Assembly (NCBI GenBank): GCA_030264375.1
Contig: JASCQW010000043.1
Coordinates: forward strand, 58,920,289-58,984,288
DNA length: 64,000 bases
Source of the DNA: Carcharhinus longimanus
Lineage: Eukaryota
Direction of reading: 5' to 3'
Positions within the stretch are counted from its first letter, which is position 1; the number at the start of each line of letters is the position of its first letter. A model generated the notes under the pieces. It made no database searches. It saw only the letters and a list, made by a program, of their open reading frames with translations, and was not told the origin of the DNA. The translations under genes and the position numbers were made by a program. This document shows, piece after piece, positions 25,267-37,585 of this stretch.

Positions 25267-27971
25267 CTATCTTGTAAATATTCTAGCACCATGGAACCAC
25301 TGAACAACAATAATAGCAAACCGAGGCAAGATAGACATTGGCATGATAGGATGCTGCTGGACTTTAGCACTACCTATGGACTACCTATGGAGAATATAGA
25401 CCGGAAAGACTCCCCCCCCCTATGGAGAATACATCAATTGACAGAGGAGCTTTTAGCATTTTTATAAAAAAGGGAGATGTTGATGAGGGTTTTCCTTTCA
25501 TTTCAAATGCTATCATTATTTAGTTTCTTTAGATAGCCCTAGCTATGGAATTAAACCTGGAATTAATGGATAATCGCATCCCACCTCATTGCCAAACCTG
25601 TTACTTTTGGAAAATGGGCTGCAATGTTTTGCAGTCTCTCCCAATTTTTTCAGTCTCACCTAAGATATATTCTACCTAATATACTGGACTAGACACATTT
25701 TAAAATAGGCACATATGACCTCTACACTTAAATCAAAAACTTACTTTGAGCTGTTTCACTGCCAATGCCAGTTATGAATCTTCATTCCCTTTGGAGGTGA
25801 CGTGACTAAGATAATTGCAGTGATTGTGGCAAATTTAAATGAAACCCTTATGGAACAAATAACCTGCAGTTTTCCAGTGAGGTAAGTGGCAATGAGGAAC
25901 AAAGTGCTCAACAGCAGGTCATAGGGTAGATTCAGCTGCAGTTACTTTATTATCACAGGAGTAACTGTAAATGAATGGCTCATGTAAAACAAAATGACAC
26001 AATGATTTATGCTCGTTTTAAAATCAAATGCTTTGCACTTGCCGTTAATCACCTGGACTAACAGTGACAGCTATAAGCACTCTTAAATATGACATAATAA
26101 TGATGAAATGATGATTACTTGCGATCAATGGAGAAATATTACATCCAAATTAAGATCCTGCCTATAAAAGTGTTCAGCTGCCAGACACCCAGCGCTGAGT
26201 GCTGCACAAAGTACTTAACATTAGGCTGCACCTATGGAAATATCTTGTAACATTTACTTTGTTCCTATAGTACGCCAGAGGAAAATGTGAAAGAGTGGTT
26301 GTTGTGTATAAAACATTGGTTCAGCATCTTTTGGTAGTGAAATAAACTGTACTGTCCAATTGGACAAATGGTGGGAAGGTATGTCATGGCACTGCAATGA
26401 AAGCAACATTGAAATGATATGATGAATGTAAAGCTGTACTCTGATAAGAGTTCCTTATACATACATATGGATATCAACAGCTAGTAATCAATGTTACTGC
26501 TTAAATGTAAACATAAATGAATTCCTCTTAAAAGCAAATACACAAAAGCAGCCTTACTGGCAGTTCACTCCACAACAATTTGTTTCTTCATCTGTATTTT
26601 AAAATTGTCTTGTTAAACTTTTTTAAAACACCAACATTCCCAAACATTCCTTTATTGCTGGGTTATGCACTCATTTATTCTCAGTCACCAAACCTGTAGC
26701 CCAAATTTCCATGCAATTATTCGAACAGGGCCCACCGGAGTCTTCTCATAAAGTCTAGCAAATCTCCAATTCTAATTCCTTTGTGTCCAGGAGAGTTGGG
26801 AGTGCTGACAGCATGTTTAAACTTTGTCTCTCCCTGCATTCTGACATACGTTCTGGTCAAAAGCCAGCCAGTAGCTAACCAGTTAGCTGCAGTTCAGAGG
26901 ACATCATTTCTGTGCCCACAGATCGAAACCATAGCAAAACTTGGCTTGAGCCCCAGGCTGGCGTGTACTGACACATCAAATCATAACTCGGCCACACTTG
27001 CTCTCATTCTAAGTGTAAATCAACCCACCCTTATTCCCTATTTATCTTTTCTGCTTGAATTGAGGATAATCTTTCTAAACTAAGTATTCTCAGTAATGCT
27101 TCAATATTCTTGTAGGACCAACACCCCATTTGTTATTATTCACACAAAATCAGTATGAAATTGTCATTCCAATTTTAAAATAAGAATTAACAATTCACTT
27201 AACATCAAATTCTCTGGAGCCAGAAGCCACGGCAAAAATGAAATATTGGTTCAGCATCTCCAGTTTACCAGTTTACTCTTCTGGTAGCCTGATAAGGTTT
27301 TATATTCATTGAAAGGGTTCACAGTTCTGCCCCTTACATACATAATATTTCATCAAAGTATTTAGTCCTAACCTTAATTGCAAACAAGAAATGTTTCATT
27401 CACCAATAGGACAATTTCTTATCCTGTCAAAACTGAATTTTTTTTATCATTTTAATTTGTCTCACTGACCATCATTTATTACTTTGGGTGAGACGTTACG
27501 ATCTGTCGTCAGCTGCCAGTGTGATTTATTAGTGTGGCGCGAACTGATGGCGGTAATAATCTTTGTAACCACTGCTATAATCTTAAGATCAGAGGGGATA
27601 ATTTTACCCTTGAAATTAGGTGTCTTAGGTCTGGTGAGATACTAAAATTTTAAAAACTCAAACTTGACACAAACCTGCTTCTAACCTATCCACTTTAAAG
27701 GAGGTGGGGGAGTAAGCTGTCAATCTGCTTCCAGGAAGTAAATTGGCTATTTAAATATTATAATGACACTGGGAACTGCATATTTAACCTGCCTAATACA
27801 TCTAATTGCGGCTGGCCAAGTTTCCCAGGCTTCAGGAAAGCCATCAGCTAAAGGGATGTAAGGGCAGCTTTAGTGAAAAGGTAAGTTCCCTTGCAACATT
27901 GCCCATGGACCAAGAGGAGTCAGAGTATTTTCCCCAATTCCCAAAGCTTGCCTGTCATTGCAAACTGCATA

Positions 27972-28210
27972 CAAAGAACAAAGAACATCCCAGCACGGGA
28001 AACAGNNNNNNNNNNNNNNNNNNNNNNNNNNNNNNNNNNNNNNNNNNNNNNNNNNNNNNNNNNNNNNNNNNNNNNNNNNNNNNNNNNNNNNNNNNNNNNN
28101 NNNNNTCTATCTATTCCCTTCAGTATTTTATATACCTCTATCATATCACCCCTTAATCTCCGTCTTTCTAAGGAGAAGAGTCACAGTTTCTCCAACCTTT
28201 CCTCGTAACT
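27972..28210 (-). mobile_element. CR1 3' end (spans a gap)
   Basis: ORF MIEVYKILKGIDR; tail ACAAAGAACAAAGAAC..CAGCACGGGAAACAG. Confidence 0.8.
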
Positions 28211-28385
28211 CAGTCCAAAGGTTCACAGCAGCTGGTGAATGTGGTTTGGACAACTATCTGGGACCAGGAATCAAATATCACACAAGCCCCCACCCTCCCC
28301 CGCATCCTAAAATCAAAGGGTTGCACGCCAACATTCTCACTAATAGCTGCAAGCTACTTGCCAGTGGCTATGCCCTGCTCAAACT

Positions 28386-29580
28386 GGGTGTGATTCTCCC
28401 ATCACGACATGCTAATCTTTTAGTGCGACGCGCTGGGAGAATCGTATGTGGGCCAATTTGTGGGATTCGTGCATGCATTCCTGATGCACAGGCATTTATG
28501 AATGCTGATACTTAGCACAGTTGGGACCTCGTGGAAACCATCGGGAACAGCAGGTAAGTGATTTTAATCTATTTTAAATCTTATTTTAATGTCTTTAGCG
28601 GGCCGGGACTGAAATCTCTGGGCCCGCTAACATCTCCCACCCCGTCAATGCAATTTCACTCTGATGGGGTTCAGATTATCTCCCCATTTTTGGGGAACTA
28701 GCGGGAGACCCTGCTGGAGTGAAGTGGGGGAATCGGGACCCCCAGGGATTGGGCGGTGGGGGTTGGTGCCCCCTGGGCATGCAAATCCAGGCAGTGTCAG
28801 CCTGCCCCTGGCACTGCCCAAGAGGCAAAGTGCCCATGCCCACACTGTGTGCAATGCAGAGATCACAATCGTGAATATCATTAAAAGCTCGGGGAGGCGT
28901 GGCCTACTCACGCCAGAGTCTAACAGTTCTGGAACTCTGCGCATGCACAATGGCCCTGAACCATCAGCCTGGAATTTGTTGGCCCCTCTTCCATTCCAGA
29001 GCACCCTGATCCCCTTTCCTTCCCCCCCGCTCCCCACAGCAGAGACAATACCCCTTGACATTGCCCACGCACATTGGCATTGCACACCAGACATCAGGCA
29101 GTATCAAGGGGGCCAGGGTCTAGGAGGCAGTGGCCCAGAAGGCAGGGCCTAAGAGGTGATTGGTGCGGGTGGTGATCCCATTGCCACACTGCATAAAGGT
29201 CGATCGAGGCTGGAGGGAGACCAGCCTGAGGGATGGTAGTCTGCTGGGGGGGCTTTGCCTCCCGTGGGGAGGGAGAGTAATCTTCTGGGAGGGTATTGTC
29301 ACTGTTGGGGAGAGGGGGGAAGGGGATCAGGGTGCTCTGGAATGGGCGAGGGGCCAACAAACTCCAAGGCCACTGCGCATGTGCAGGGTTCCGGAACTGT
29401 CAGACTCTGGCGTGAATAGGCCACGCCTCCCCGAGCTTTTAATGATATTCACGATTGTGACCTCTGCATTGCACACAGTGTGGGAGATTCGAGTCTGAAC
29501 TCCACTGAATAAATAATCACGATTTACACCAGTTTTCCCACAAATTCAGCACTTAACTTTTTTGGGAGGGGAAACACCCC
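28386..29580 (+). mobile_element. GC-rich MITE (probably Harbinger-derived) with internal inverted duplication
   Basis: Left TIR GGGTGTGATTCTCCC matches (14/15) the reverse complement of GGGAGAATCGCACCC ending a sister copy at about 30889-30903. Its own right end is degenerate (GGGAGGGGAAACACCCC). Confidence 0.75.
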
Positions 29581-30503
29581 CATTGTGTTTAAATTAATGG
29601 GGGGTATGAATCTGAGGCTTTTCAAACGAGACAGATATGTGATCCAAGCAAGGTGCTCATTTACAACAATTTCTATTCCTTTAGCACTGATCCCTCAAAA
29701 CATATTTCTTACCTCTCAGTCAAGGGTATGAAGATTGCAGATGAAGGACATTCACTGGGCACATGTGTGCTGGCAGGTAAAACCTTTCTCTCTCTTTCTG
29801 ATTGCTGGGTAAGCCAAATCAGCAAAGCCACAGTACTTCAGATGCTATTTATTAGTAGTTCACAGCTTATCAGGGTTTAAATGTTTCACATTGCTAATGC
29901 ATGTTAAAAGCAGCTTGTGCCTCTTAAACAGAAGGCTGTAGCCAACTGTCACAATGGCTGACACAGCAGAAGCTTCAAACGCCCTCCCGCTCTCCCAGCC
30001 TAGATTTTCCACTTGTCCAGTTTGACATTCCCGGTTTTATGGAGAAGGTCACAGAAGAGGAAGCAGATGGTAAAAGGGCTGACAGCTCAGCACTATGGGC
30101 ACAGGTATCACGCAAATGCCAGCCTGGGCATGGCTCTAATGTTGTGGAAGGTTTAACGCCCTCGCAAAGGTAGCTAAGATAAAGCTGGCTTCCTGCTCTT
30201 TATTGCTACGTGTGTGGACACCAGGTGAAAATGGGATTGAAGTTGGAGCCAGTGTCCGCTGTGTGCACAAGGTAGGAAAAGGAGAGAAAAATTTTACTGG
30301 AGAGCGCAGAATAAAATCAAACAAACACCAAATCACTATTTTTTATTGGAATGCAGAAAGCCGACAAATGTGATGAATAATGGAATATGATGGCCATTTC
30401 TCACTATTTCTTTAGCATGTTCCTTAGTGCAAGTAAATTGTGAAGCATTAAAATATAAATGACAGCACTTTGCCTTAAGAGACGAGGCATCTACAGAACC
30501 GAA

Positions 30504-30690
30504 TCAGGGGGTGTGAAGTGGGATGGGAGAAATTTGCTTCTGAAGCAAGTGCCGCAAAGCCACCAACTCTGGCTCTCCTCGAGGTCTCACTTCATTTGGG
30601 ACGCTGGTCTCTTCCACTTCCATATTGGAGTCCACATCTTCATTATACAAAAGTGTTGACATGGGAGCAACTTTCTTTCTTTGCTCCACG
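30504..30690 (-). CDS. Candidate terminal coding exon, unidentified (5' end lost in gap)
   Basis: Open frame VEQRKKVAPMSTLLYNEDVDSNMEVEETSVPNEVRPRGEPELVALRHLLQKQISPIPLHTP* in non-repeat, CpG-retaining sequence. No family recognised. Confidence 0.3.
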
Positions 30691-30790
30691 NNNNNNNNNN
30701 NNNNNNNNNNNNNNNNNNNNNNNNNNNNNNNNNNNNNNNNNNNNNNNNNNNNNNNNNNNNNNNNNNNNNNNNNNNNNNNNNNNNNNNNNN

Positions 30791-30903
30791 TGCACAGAGT
30801 GTGGGAGATCCGAGTATGAATTCCCACTGATAAAGCAATCATAATTTACACCAGTTTCCCTGTGAATTCAGCAATTAGACCTTTTTTTGGGAGAATCGCA
30901 CCC
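30791..30903 (+). mobile_element. Right end of a sister copy of the 28.4-kb MITE
   Basis: Similar to 29470-29580; ends in the TIR GGGAGAATCGCACCC. Confidence 0.8.
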
Positions 30904-31065
30904 CCCCATAGACTCTCAATCAGGCTAATTTCTGGGCAGGGATCCTAAAGTAAAATCCACAGACCTTATGGGGAAATCCAGATTTCCAGACTCTCTGTTC
31001 CCCAGCTTATTAAACCTACCCCTCTCAATATACTGGCCATCAAATTATACTGCACAGAAGGTCAC

Positions 31066-31414
31066 CATAGAATCATAGAAACCCTACAGTGCAGAAAGAG
31101 GCCCTTTGGCCCATTGAGTCTGTACTGACCACAATCCCACCCAGGCCCTACCCTCATTTCCCTACATGTTTTACCCACTAATCCCTCGAACCTACGCATC
31201 GCTGGACACTAAGGGGCAATTTCTTAGCATGGCCAATCAACCTAACCCGCACATCTTTGCACTGTGGGAGGAAACCGGAGCACCCGGAGGAAACTCACGC
31301 AGACACGGGGAGAACGTGCAAACTCCACACAGACAGTGACCCAAACCGGGAATCGAACCCAGGATCCTGGAGCTGTGAAGCAATAGTGCTAACCACTGTG
31401 CTACTGTGCTGCCC
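31066..31414 (-). mobile_element. Full-length HE1-like V-SINE
   Basis: Minus strand begins GGGCAGCACAGTAGCACAGTGGTTAGCAC (A-box), then GGTTCGATTCC (B-box), an intact V-domain, and a TTCTATGATTCTATG tail. Confidence 0.95.
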
Positions 31415-31887
31415 ATAATCTGAACCCAGCATGCCTTTGAAAACCTTTCCAATTATATCCATTTCCCTGATCTTTCCCAAAAACCCAACCTTTTTTTTCT
31501 GTTTGTAAGTATTTATCCAATTGTCCATTGAATGTTATTATTGAATCTGCTTTCACCATCCTTTCAGGCATTGTATTTGGTTCATATCAATTCTCTGCCT
31601 AATAAAAAAAACTCCTTAGAGGGAAGTATTTGCTCATGTGGCAGCACTTCAAACAGTATTCAATCTACATCAATTTAATGGCACAGGAGGCACTACATGG
31701 GCTTTACAGGTAACAACCCAAGATTCTGTCTGCCTCTAAAGAATATATTTGTATGATGCTGCTTTAAATGGTGCTATGCAAATTATATTTTCCTTCTCAT
31801 CCTGTCTCTGGTTCCTTTATAAATATCTTTAAGTCTGTGTCTTCTGACAATAGAAACAGTTGCTCTGCTTTTACTAGATAAAAACAC

Positions 31888-32001
31888 TCCGCAATTTCAC
31901 CGCCCCGTTAGCCATGGGAATCGGTGCAGACAACGAGAAGGTCCATTGACCTCGGGTGGGACTTTACAGTTTTGGGACGAGTGAGACCGTAAAATCCCAC
32001 C
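31888..32001. mobile_element. Short CpG-rich MITE-like element
   Basis: Ends CGCAATTTCACCG and CGTAAAATCCCACCC are imperfect inverted repeats. Confidence 0.45.
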
Positions 32002-32169
32002 CGATCGATTTGAATTCATAATTTTGAACAAATTTATTACATGTCCCCAACTTCCTGGTTCTCACTATTGTAGCAGGATCTCTACCAACAGATGGCGATG
32101 GCAGAGAAGAGCAGGGAGCAAGTGCACTGGTTAGCTCCTCCATGCAGCATCTTTGCAAGCTGGAGGTCA

Positions 32170-32485
32170 GAGTCAGAGGTCATGAGGTTCCCCCCTCCCT
32201 GAAGATCCCACCCCCTGCTACGGGAGACAAAGTGTTCACCCCCGCCCCCAGCAGACCACCATATCCCAGACCGTCCGGATCACTGACATTCCTCCAGCCC
32301 TGATTGATCCCTATGCAGAGTGGCAGTGGGACACCCCCAACGCTGACCAATCGCCTCCTAGGCCTTGCCCCCTAGGCCCTGCCCCCTAGACCCTGGCTCC
32401 CTTGACACTGCTTGATGCCCGGTGGATAGTGCCAATGTGCACTTTGCTGCTTGGGTTGTGCCAAGGGGGACAGGCTGGCACTGCC
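32170..32485 (-). mobile_element. MITE fragment of the 28.4-kb family (first half of a split copy)
   Basis: Reverse-complement similarity to 28790-28835 and 29070-29260. Confidence 0.8.
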
Positions 32486-33103
32486 ATGATGTGGAGATGC
32501 TGGCGTTGGGCTGGGGTAAGCACAGTAAGAAGTCTCACAACACAGGTTAAAATCAGCACAAGTCACAAGCTTTCACAGCACTGCTCCTTCATCAGGTGAG
32601 TGGGAGTTCAGTTCACGAACAGGGCATATACAGGCACAAACTCGATTTACAAAATAACGGTTGGAGTGTGAGTCTTTACTGGTAATCAAGTCTGAAAGAT
32701 ACAGTGAACAGAGGGTAAAGCACAGGCTAAAGAGACGTGTATTGTCTCCAACCAGGATGGTTAGTGAGATTTTGCAAGCCCAGGCAGCCGTGGGAGTTAC
32801 AGATAGTGTGACATGATCCCGGTTGAGGCCATCCTCATGAGTGCAGAACTTCGCTATCAGTTTCTGCTCAGCGGCTCTGCGCTGTCATGTGTCATGAAGG
32901 CCACCTTGGAGAATGCTTGCCCGAAGATCAGAGGCTGAATGCTCATCACTGCCGAAGTGTTCACCAACAGGAAGGCAACGGTCTCGCCTGGTGATTGTCG
33001 AGCGAAGTTCATTCATCCATTGTTGTAGTGTCTGCATGGTCTCCCCAATGTACCATGCCTCGGGACATCCTTTCCTGCAGCGTATCAGGTAGACAATGTT
33101 GGC
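32486..33103 (-). mobile_element. Penelope-like retroelement (GIY-YIG endonuclease and pseudo-LTR)
   Basis: ANIVYLIRCRKGCPEAWYIGETMQTLQQWMNE...LPVGEHF is a PLE GIY-YIG domain. It is followed by the pLTR and is cut off by a gap. Confidence 0.93.
32564..32598 (-). ncRNA. Minimal hammerhead ribozyme motif (stem II has a mismatch)
   Basis: Minus strand reads CAC-CTGATGA-A-GGAGC-AGT-GCTGT-GAAA-GCTT-GTG. Confidence 0.6.
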
Positions 33104-33203
33104 NNNNNNNNNNNNNNNNNNNNNNNNNNNNNNNNNNNNNNNNNNNNNNNNNNNNNNNNNNNNNNNNNNNNNNNNNNNNNNNNNNNNNNNNNNNNNNNNN
33201 NNN

Positions 33204-33470
33204 AGATACAAAAGTGTCCAGAGGGGAAATTTTTTCACACAGAGGGTGGTGAGTGTCTGGAACAAGCTGACATAGGTAGTGGTAGAGACAGGTAAAATTT
33301 TATCTTTTAAAAAGCATTTAGATGGTTACATGGGTACAATGGGTATAAAGGAATATGGGCCAAATGCAGCAATTGGGATTAGCTTCGGGTTTTTAAAAAA
33401 AATAAGAGCAGCATGGACAAGTTGGGCCAAAGGGCCTGTTTCCATGCTGTAAACCTCTATGAATCTATAA
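33204..33470 (+). mobile_element. CR1 3' end
   Basis: FFTQRVVSVWNKL-like coding end and tail GGGCCAAAGGGCCTGTTTCCATGCTGTAAACCTCTATG. Confidence 0.85.
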
Positions 33471-33799
33471 TTGACAGCTGATCAGAAGCAATCATCAACT
33501 TTTCCATCAGGACGAGCCAGTTTAAAGGCAGTATACGAGCTTTCAAAGCTGTGAAAAATAGGGGGGGAACCATCAGCTCCATTCAGATCTTGTACAGCCA
33601 CATACACTGAACCCCATAGTCTAACCATGTGAATAAACATGAACACACAGCCAATTTCGGAAAATCCTGAGATATTTATTTCATATCCCTGAAGGCAATC
33701 AAGCAAGATTTTATGTGACCATAGTAGCTTATTTCTCATCGCCCCCCTTAACAGGTATCTTACCTTCCCAAACTACAAACATAAAAATGAGAGAAGGAC

Positions 33800-35518
33800 A
33801 GCTAACTTAAAAGGAAATGCAACAAGCAACAAAATAGTAATAAAAAGGAGTCTGGATCAATTAGGGGCACAAAAGTGGATTTAGACATGGAGCTGGGGGA
33901 GTAAGGCTGAGATGCTAAATGAATACTGGACACCAGTCTTTCCCAAAGATGATGATGCTGTCAAAGTCATAGTGAAAGAGGAAGCAGTTGACATACTGCA
34001 TACACTAAAAATAAAAGAACATATTAAATAGCTGGTTATACTAAAAGTTGTTAAGTCATCTGCGCCAGTTGTGATGAGTTCAAGTGTATGAAGTGAAGTA
34101 AGATTGGAAACTGGGGAGGCACTGGCCACAATCTTTCAATCCTCCTTAGATACAGGGATGGAGGCAGGAGACCAGAGAACAGCAAATGTTACACCCTTGT
34201 TCAAACAAAAGATGCAAAGATAAGCCCAGCAGCTATAGACCAGTCAGTTTAACCTCAATAGCAGGAAAGCTTTTAGAAACCCTAACCTGTAACAAAATCA
34301 ACTGTCACTTGGGGGAATGTGAATTAACTAAGGAAAGCCAGCACAGATTTGTCAAAAGCAAATGGCATTTCACTAACTGGTTTAACTAACGTCCTTAAGC
34401 GTTGTGATTAATTAACTGAGCAGGTTGATGAGCAAGTGCAGTTGATTTATTTTACATGGATAGCCAAAAAGTATTTGATAAAAATACCACAGGAAAGAGT
34501 TGTCAGCAAAGTTAAGAGTTTATGGAATAAAAGCAGAATGGATACTAAATTGGCTGAGTGACAAGAATGGGAGTGGTGAACAATTGTTTCTCAGAATGGA
34601 GGAAGGTAAATTAGTGGGGTCCCCAGGTGACAGTGCTTGGACCACTGTTTTTCTTGAAGGATTAATTGACCTAGAGCACCATTTCAACATTTGGTATACA
34701 GAGCACCATTTCAACATTTATGGATGACACACAACTTGGGAACTATTGCGAACTATGAGGAGCATAGTGATACATTTCAAGAGGACATAGGCTGGCACAA
34801 TGGGCAAATGAGATTTAACACAGAGAAATGTGAAGTGATTCATTTTGGTAGGAAGAATGAGAAGAGGTAACCTGAAATAAAGGATACAATTCTAAAGGAA
34901 ATGCAGGAACAGAGGGACCTGGAAAAATGTGCGCAAAAATCACTGAAGGTGGCATGGTGAGTTAACAATTAATAAAGCGTACAAGATCCTAGGTTTTATA
35001 AACAGGGGCATAGAGTACAAAGCACTGGTTTAGTCTCAACTGTAGTATTGTGTCAAATTCAATGCGCCACACTTTAGGAAGGATATGAAGGTATTAAACA
35101 GATTCATGAAAATGATTCAAGGAATGGGAAACTCTAGTTATGTGGATAGATTAGAAAAGCTGGGACTATTTTCCTCGGAGAAGAGGAGATTCACTAGAGA
35201 TGTTCAGGTGGGTGGGGGAGCTGGACAGAGTAGATCGGAAGAACCAGTGGACACCAGTTGAACGTGATGGGCAAAAGTAACAATGGAGATATGAGGAAAA
35301 AACTTTTTTAAAAGGCAGCAAGTCGTTAGCTTCTGAAATATATGGCGCAAAAGTGTCACGTGGTCTGAATCAATTGAGGCCTTCAGAAAGAGAATTGGAT
35401 TATCAGGTTATCGAGAAAAGGCAAGGAAATGGCGCTTGGTAAATTGTTCTTGAAGACAGCCAACACAGACTCAATGGGCCAATTGGCCTCCTTCTTTGTT
35501 GTAACAACTATGATTCCA
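33800..35518 (+). mobile_element. Decayed CR1 LINE, RT domain through 3' end
   Basis: PSSYRPVSLTSIAGKLLE, ESQHRFVK, EWILNWLSD, FMDDTQL (FADD-like), then the RT C-terminus and tail. Confidence 0.92.
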
Positions 35519-36244
35519 TAATATACAGGCCAGCCTGAAATAAAGGTGGTGAGATTCTGAAGTAAAAAAATCATGTAAACCAATGAACTTATGAATTGAA
35601 GTTGATTATACCACTAGCTGCTTAAATAGTTTTTTGTTGTTAACAATCCTCTAATGAATATACAAGAGCTCTAGAAATACCTAAAACCCCATGAGCTATT
35701 CTAAAGGGTGGCTGCTCTCAGCCTGTTCTCCAAGTTTCACATGGATATGGAAAGGTGTGATGTCTTTATGATATCAAGGTGCCTGCATATCAAAGTGCAG
35801 TGACAGACTGACATTCCCTTCACGTTTTGTTTATGTACTTAAATATAGCCGAATTAATTAGGAAACCATCTGATTTAGCTATTAATTTGAATTCATAGTT
35901 CCAATTATTTCCTGAAGCACAGAATTTAACTAAGGGAAAAGCTATATGTGCAGTTGTTAGCTACAAGAACAAATTTTCAAGATCACTGTATGTGAAGGGA
36001 ATGTAACAGTTGATAAGGAAGAATTAAATCCATCAATCATATTGATAACCTTTGTCAGCTCATTCATTTATTCTGTGTAAGACTGTTTTCTTTAATTTCT
36101 TGTGGATAATGATGTGTTTGAAAGATATGCGAAGTATCACATAGTATCACCAGGCTGTGGTGGCAGGTCGTTAATAGAGGGGCAATTAGCGACTGAATTG
36201 AATGTGCATCCCAGGACACAAAAACGGACAACTACACAAGAAAA

Positions 36245-36603
36245 ACATAGAACCACAGAATAGAATCCCTACAGTGCAGAAGGAGGCCCATTGACTTTAT
36301 ACCAACTCTCCGAAAGAGCATCTTACCCAGGCCCACCCACCCACCACCCTATCCATGTAACCCCACGCATTCACCACAGCTAATCCACCTAACCTACACA
36401 TCGTTAGACACTAATGGACAATTTTAGCATGGCAAATCCATCTAACCTGCACGTCTTTGGAAAGTGGGAGGAAACCGGAGCATCCAGAAGAAACGCACAC
36501 AAAACACTGGGAGAATGTACAAACTCCACAGTCGCCCAAGACTGGAATCAAACTCAGATCTCTGCTGATCTGAGACAGCAGTGCTAACTATTATACCACT
36601 ACA
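36245..36603 (-). mobile_element. HE1-like V-SINE
   Basis: V-domain GTGGGAGGAAACCGGAGC, tail ATAGAATCCCTACAGTGCAGAAGGAGGCC, and a tRNA-like head. Confidence 0.9.
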
Positions 36604-37461
36604 CCATCCATCTGCTAGAACACCCCAGACTTTATAACTTATCAATTTGTTCACTGTGCAAAGACAGCTAGTTAGATGCAGAATTTTACTATATTCTAAT
36701 TTGATAATCTAATTAGGGTTGGACAATAAATGACAGCTTAGTCAGCAAAGCCCACATCCCTTCAATGAATAAAAAATAATTGGTGAATTTCATGCTAAAT
36801 ATTTATAGTAAGTGTTCTGCATTTCCTTTAGCATATGGATCATATTGTTACAGAGTCTACATGATAAAGATGCAGCCTAAACTTAGAGTGGAAAGTTTCA
36901 TAGAATGTCTTGAACTGAAGTAAAACTATAAATAATGTAGACAGTTTGGTCTAATCTAACACAATCTGATACATTCTGATACATTGATGGGACACAGAAA
37001 ATAGTTTTTATTTTAAATGATTGAAGCCCTGAAGCCTGAATCTCTGTCCTGTTCAGCAGAATTAGGATTAGAACTTGCCATCCAATGAGCTATTTTTCAG
37101 CCTGTCCTATCCACCACAACTACTCCTGTTTCTCCAGGCAATGAATCACTTGGTGCAGCCCCCTCCAGCTCACTACCTATAACAAATGTAGCACTGAGTT
37201 CTGGGTTCTTCTTGTCTTTGTCTTACAAGGACCTAAGTAATCAGAAAAATTGTAAAAAAGGGACATGGGACAAGAGTTAGCACATAATGGCAAGTAATGG
37301 CAGTTGAATGGATCAGTGGAAGAGTATAGAACACAAGTTTCATGATAGTTTGTGTGCGTGACATGTCAAAAGGAACATGGCAACAACACGATGGCCATCT
37401 CCAATGCAATGTGCCCTCCATCGCATAAGAGTTGTGGAATTGCCTCATGTTCTTAATGTTT

Positions 37462-37585
37462 CTGGTCAAGGTCCTTGACCTAAACATTTAACTCAGTTTC
37501 TCTCCCTGTAATTGCTGCCAAACCTGTTGAGTATTTCCAGAATTTTCTATTTTAATTTCAGATTTCCAGCATCTGTAGTAAGTTG
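37462..37585 (+). repeat. Short Penelope-derived pseudo-LTR repeat (related copies at about 44930-45045, 56195-56295, and on the minus strand at 56698-56770 and 57885-58005)
   Basis: Shared text ...GACCTGAAAC.TTAACTC.GTTTCTCTC...GCTGCCA.ACCTGCTGAGT.TTTCCAGCATTTTCT.TTTT. Confidence 0.7.

Noticed and set aside
28645-29498. Overlapping 112-162 aa ORFs with a repeated peptide (RPRLPELLMIFTIV)
   Set aside because: They arise from a GC-rich non-coding MITE and its inverted duplication.
31340-31414. tRNA-like A and B boxes
   Set aside because: This is a SINE head, not a tRNA gene: it continues into the V-domain.
34674-34720. 20-bp direct repeat AGAGCACCATTTCAACATTT with a short spacer (CRISPR-like look)
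   Set aside because: There are only two units, inside a dead CR1 RT in eukaryotic DNA. It is a local duplication.
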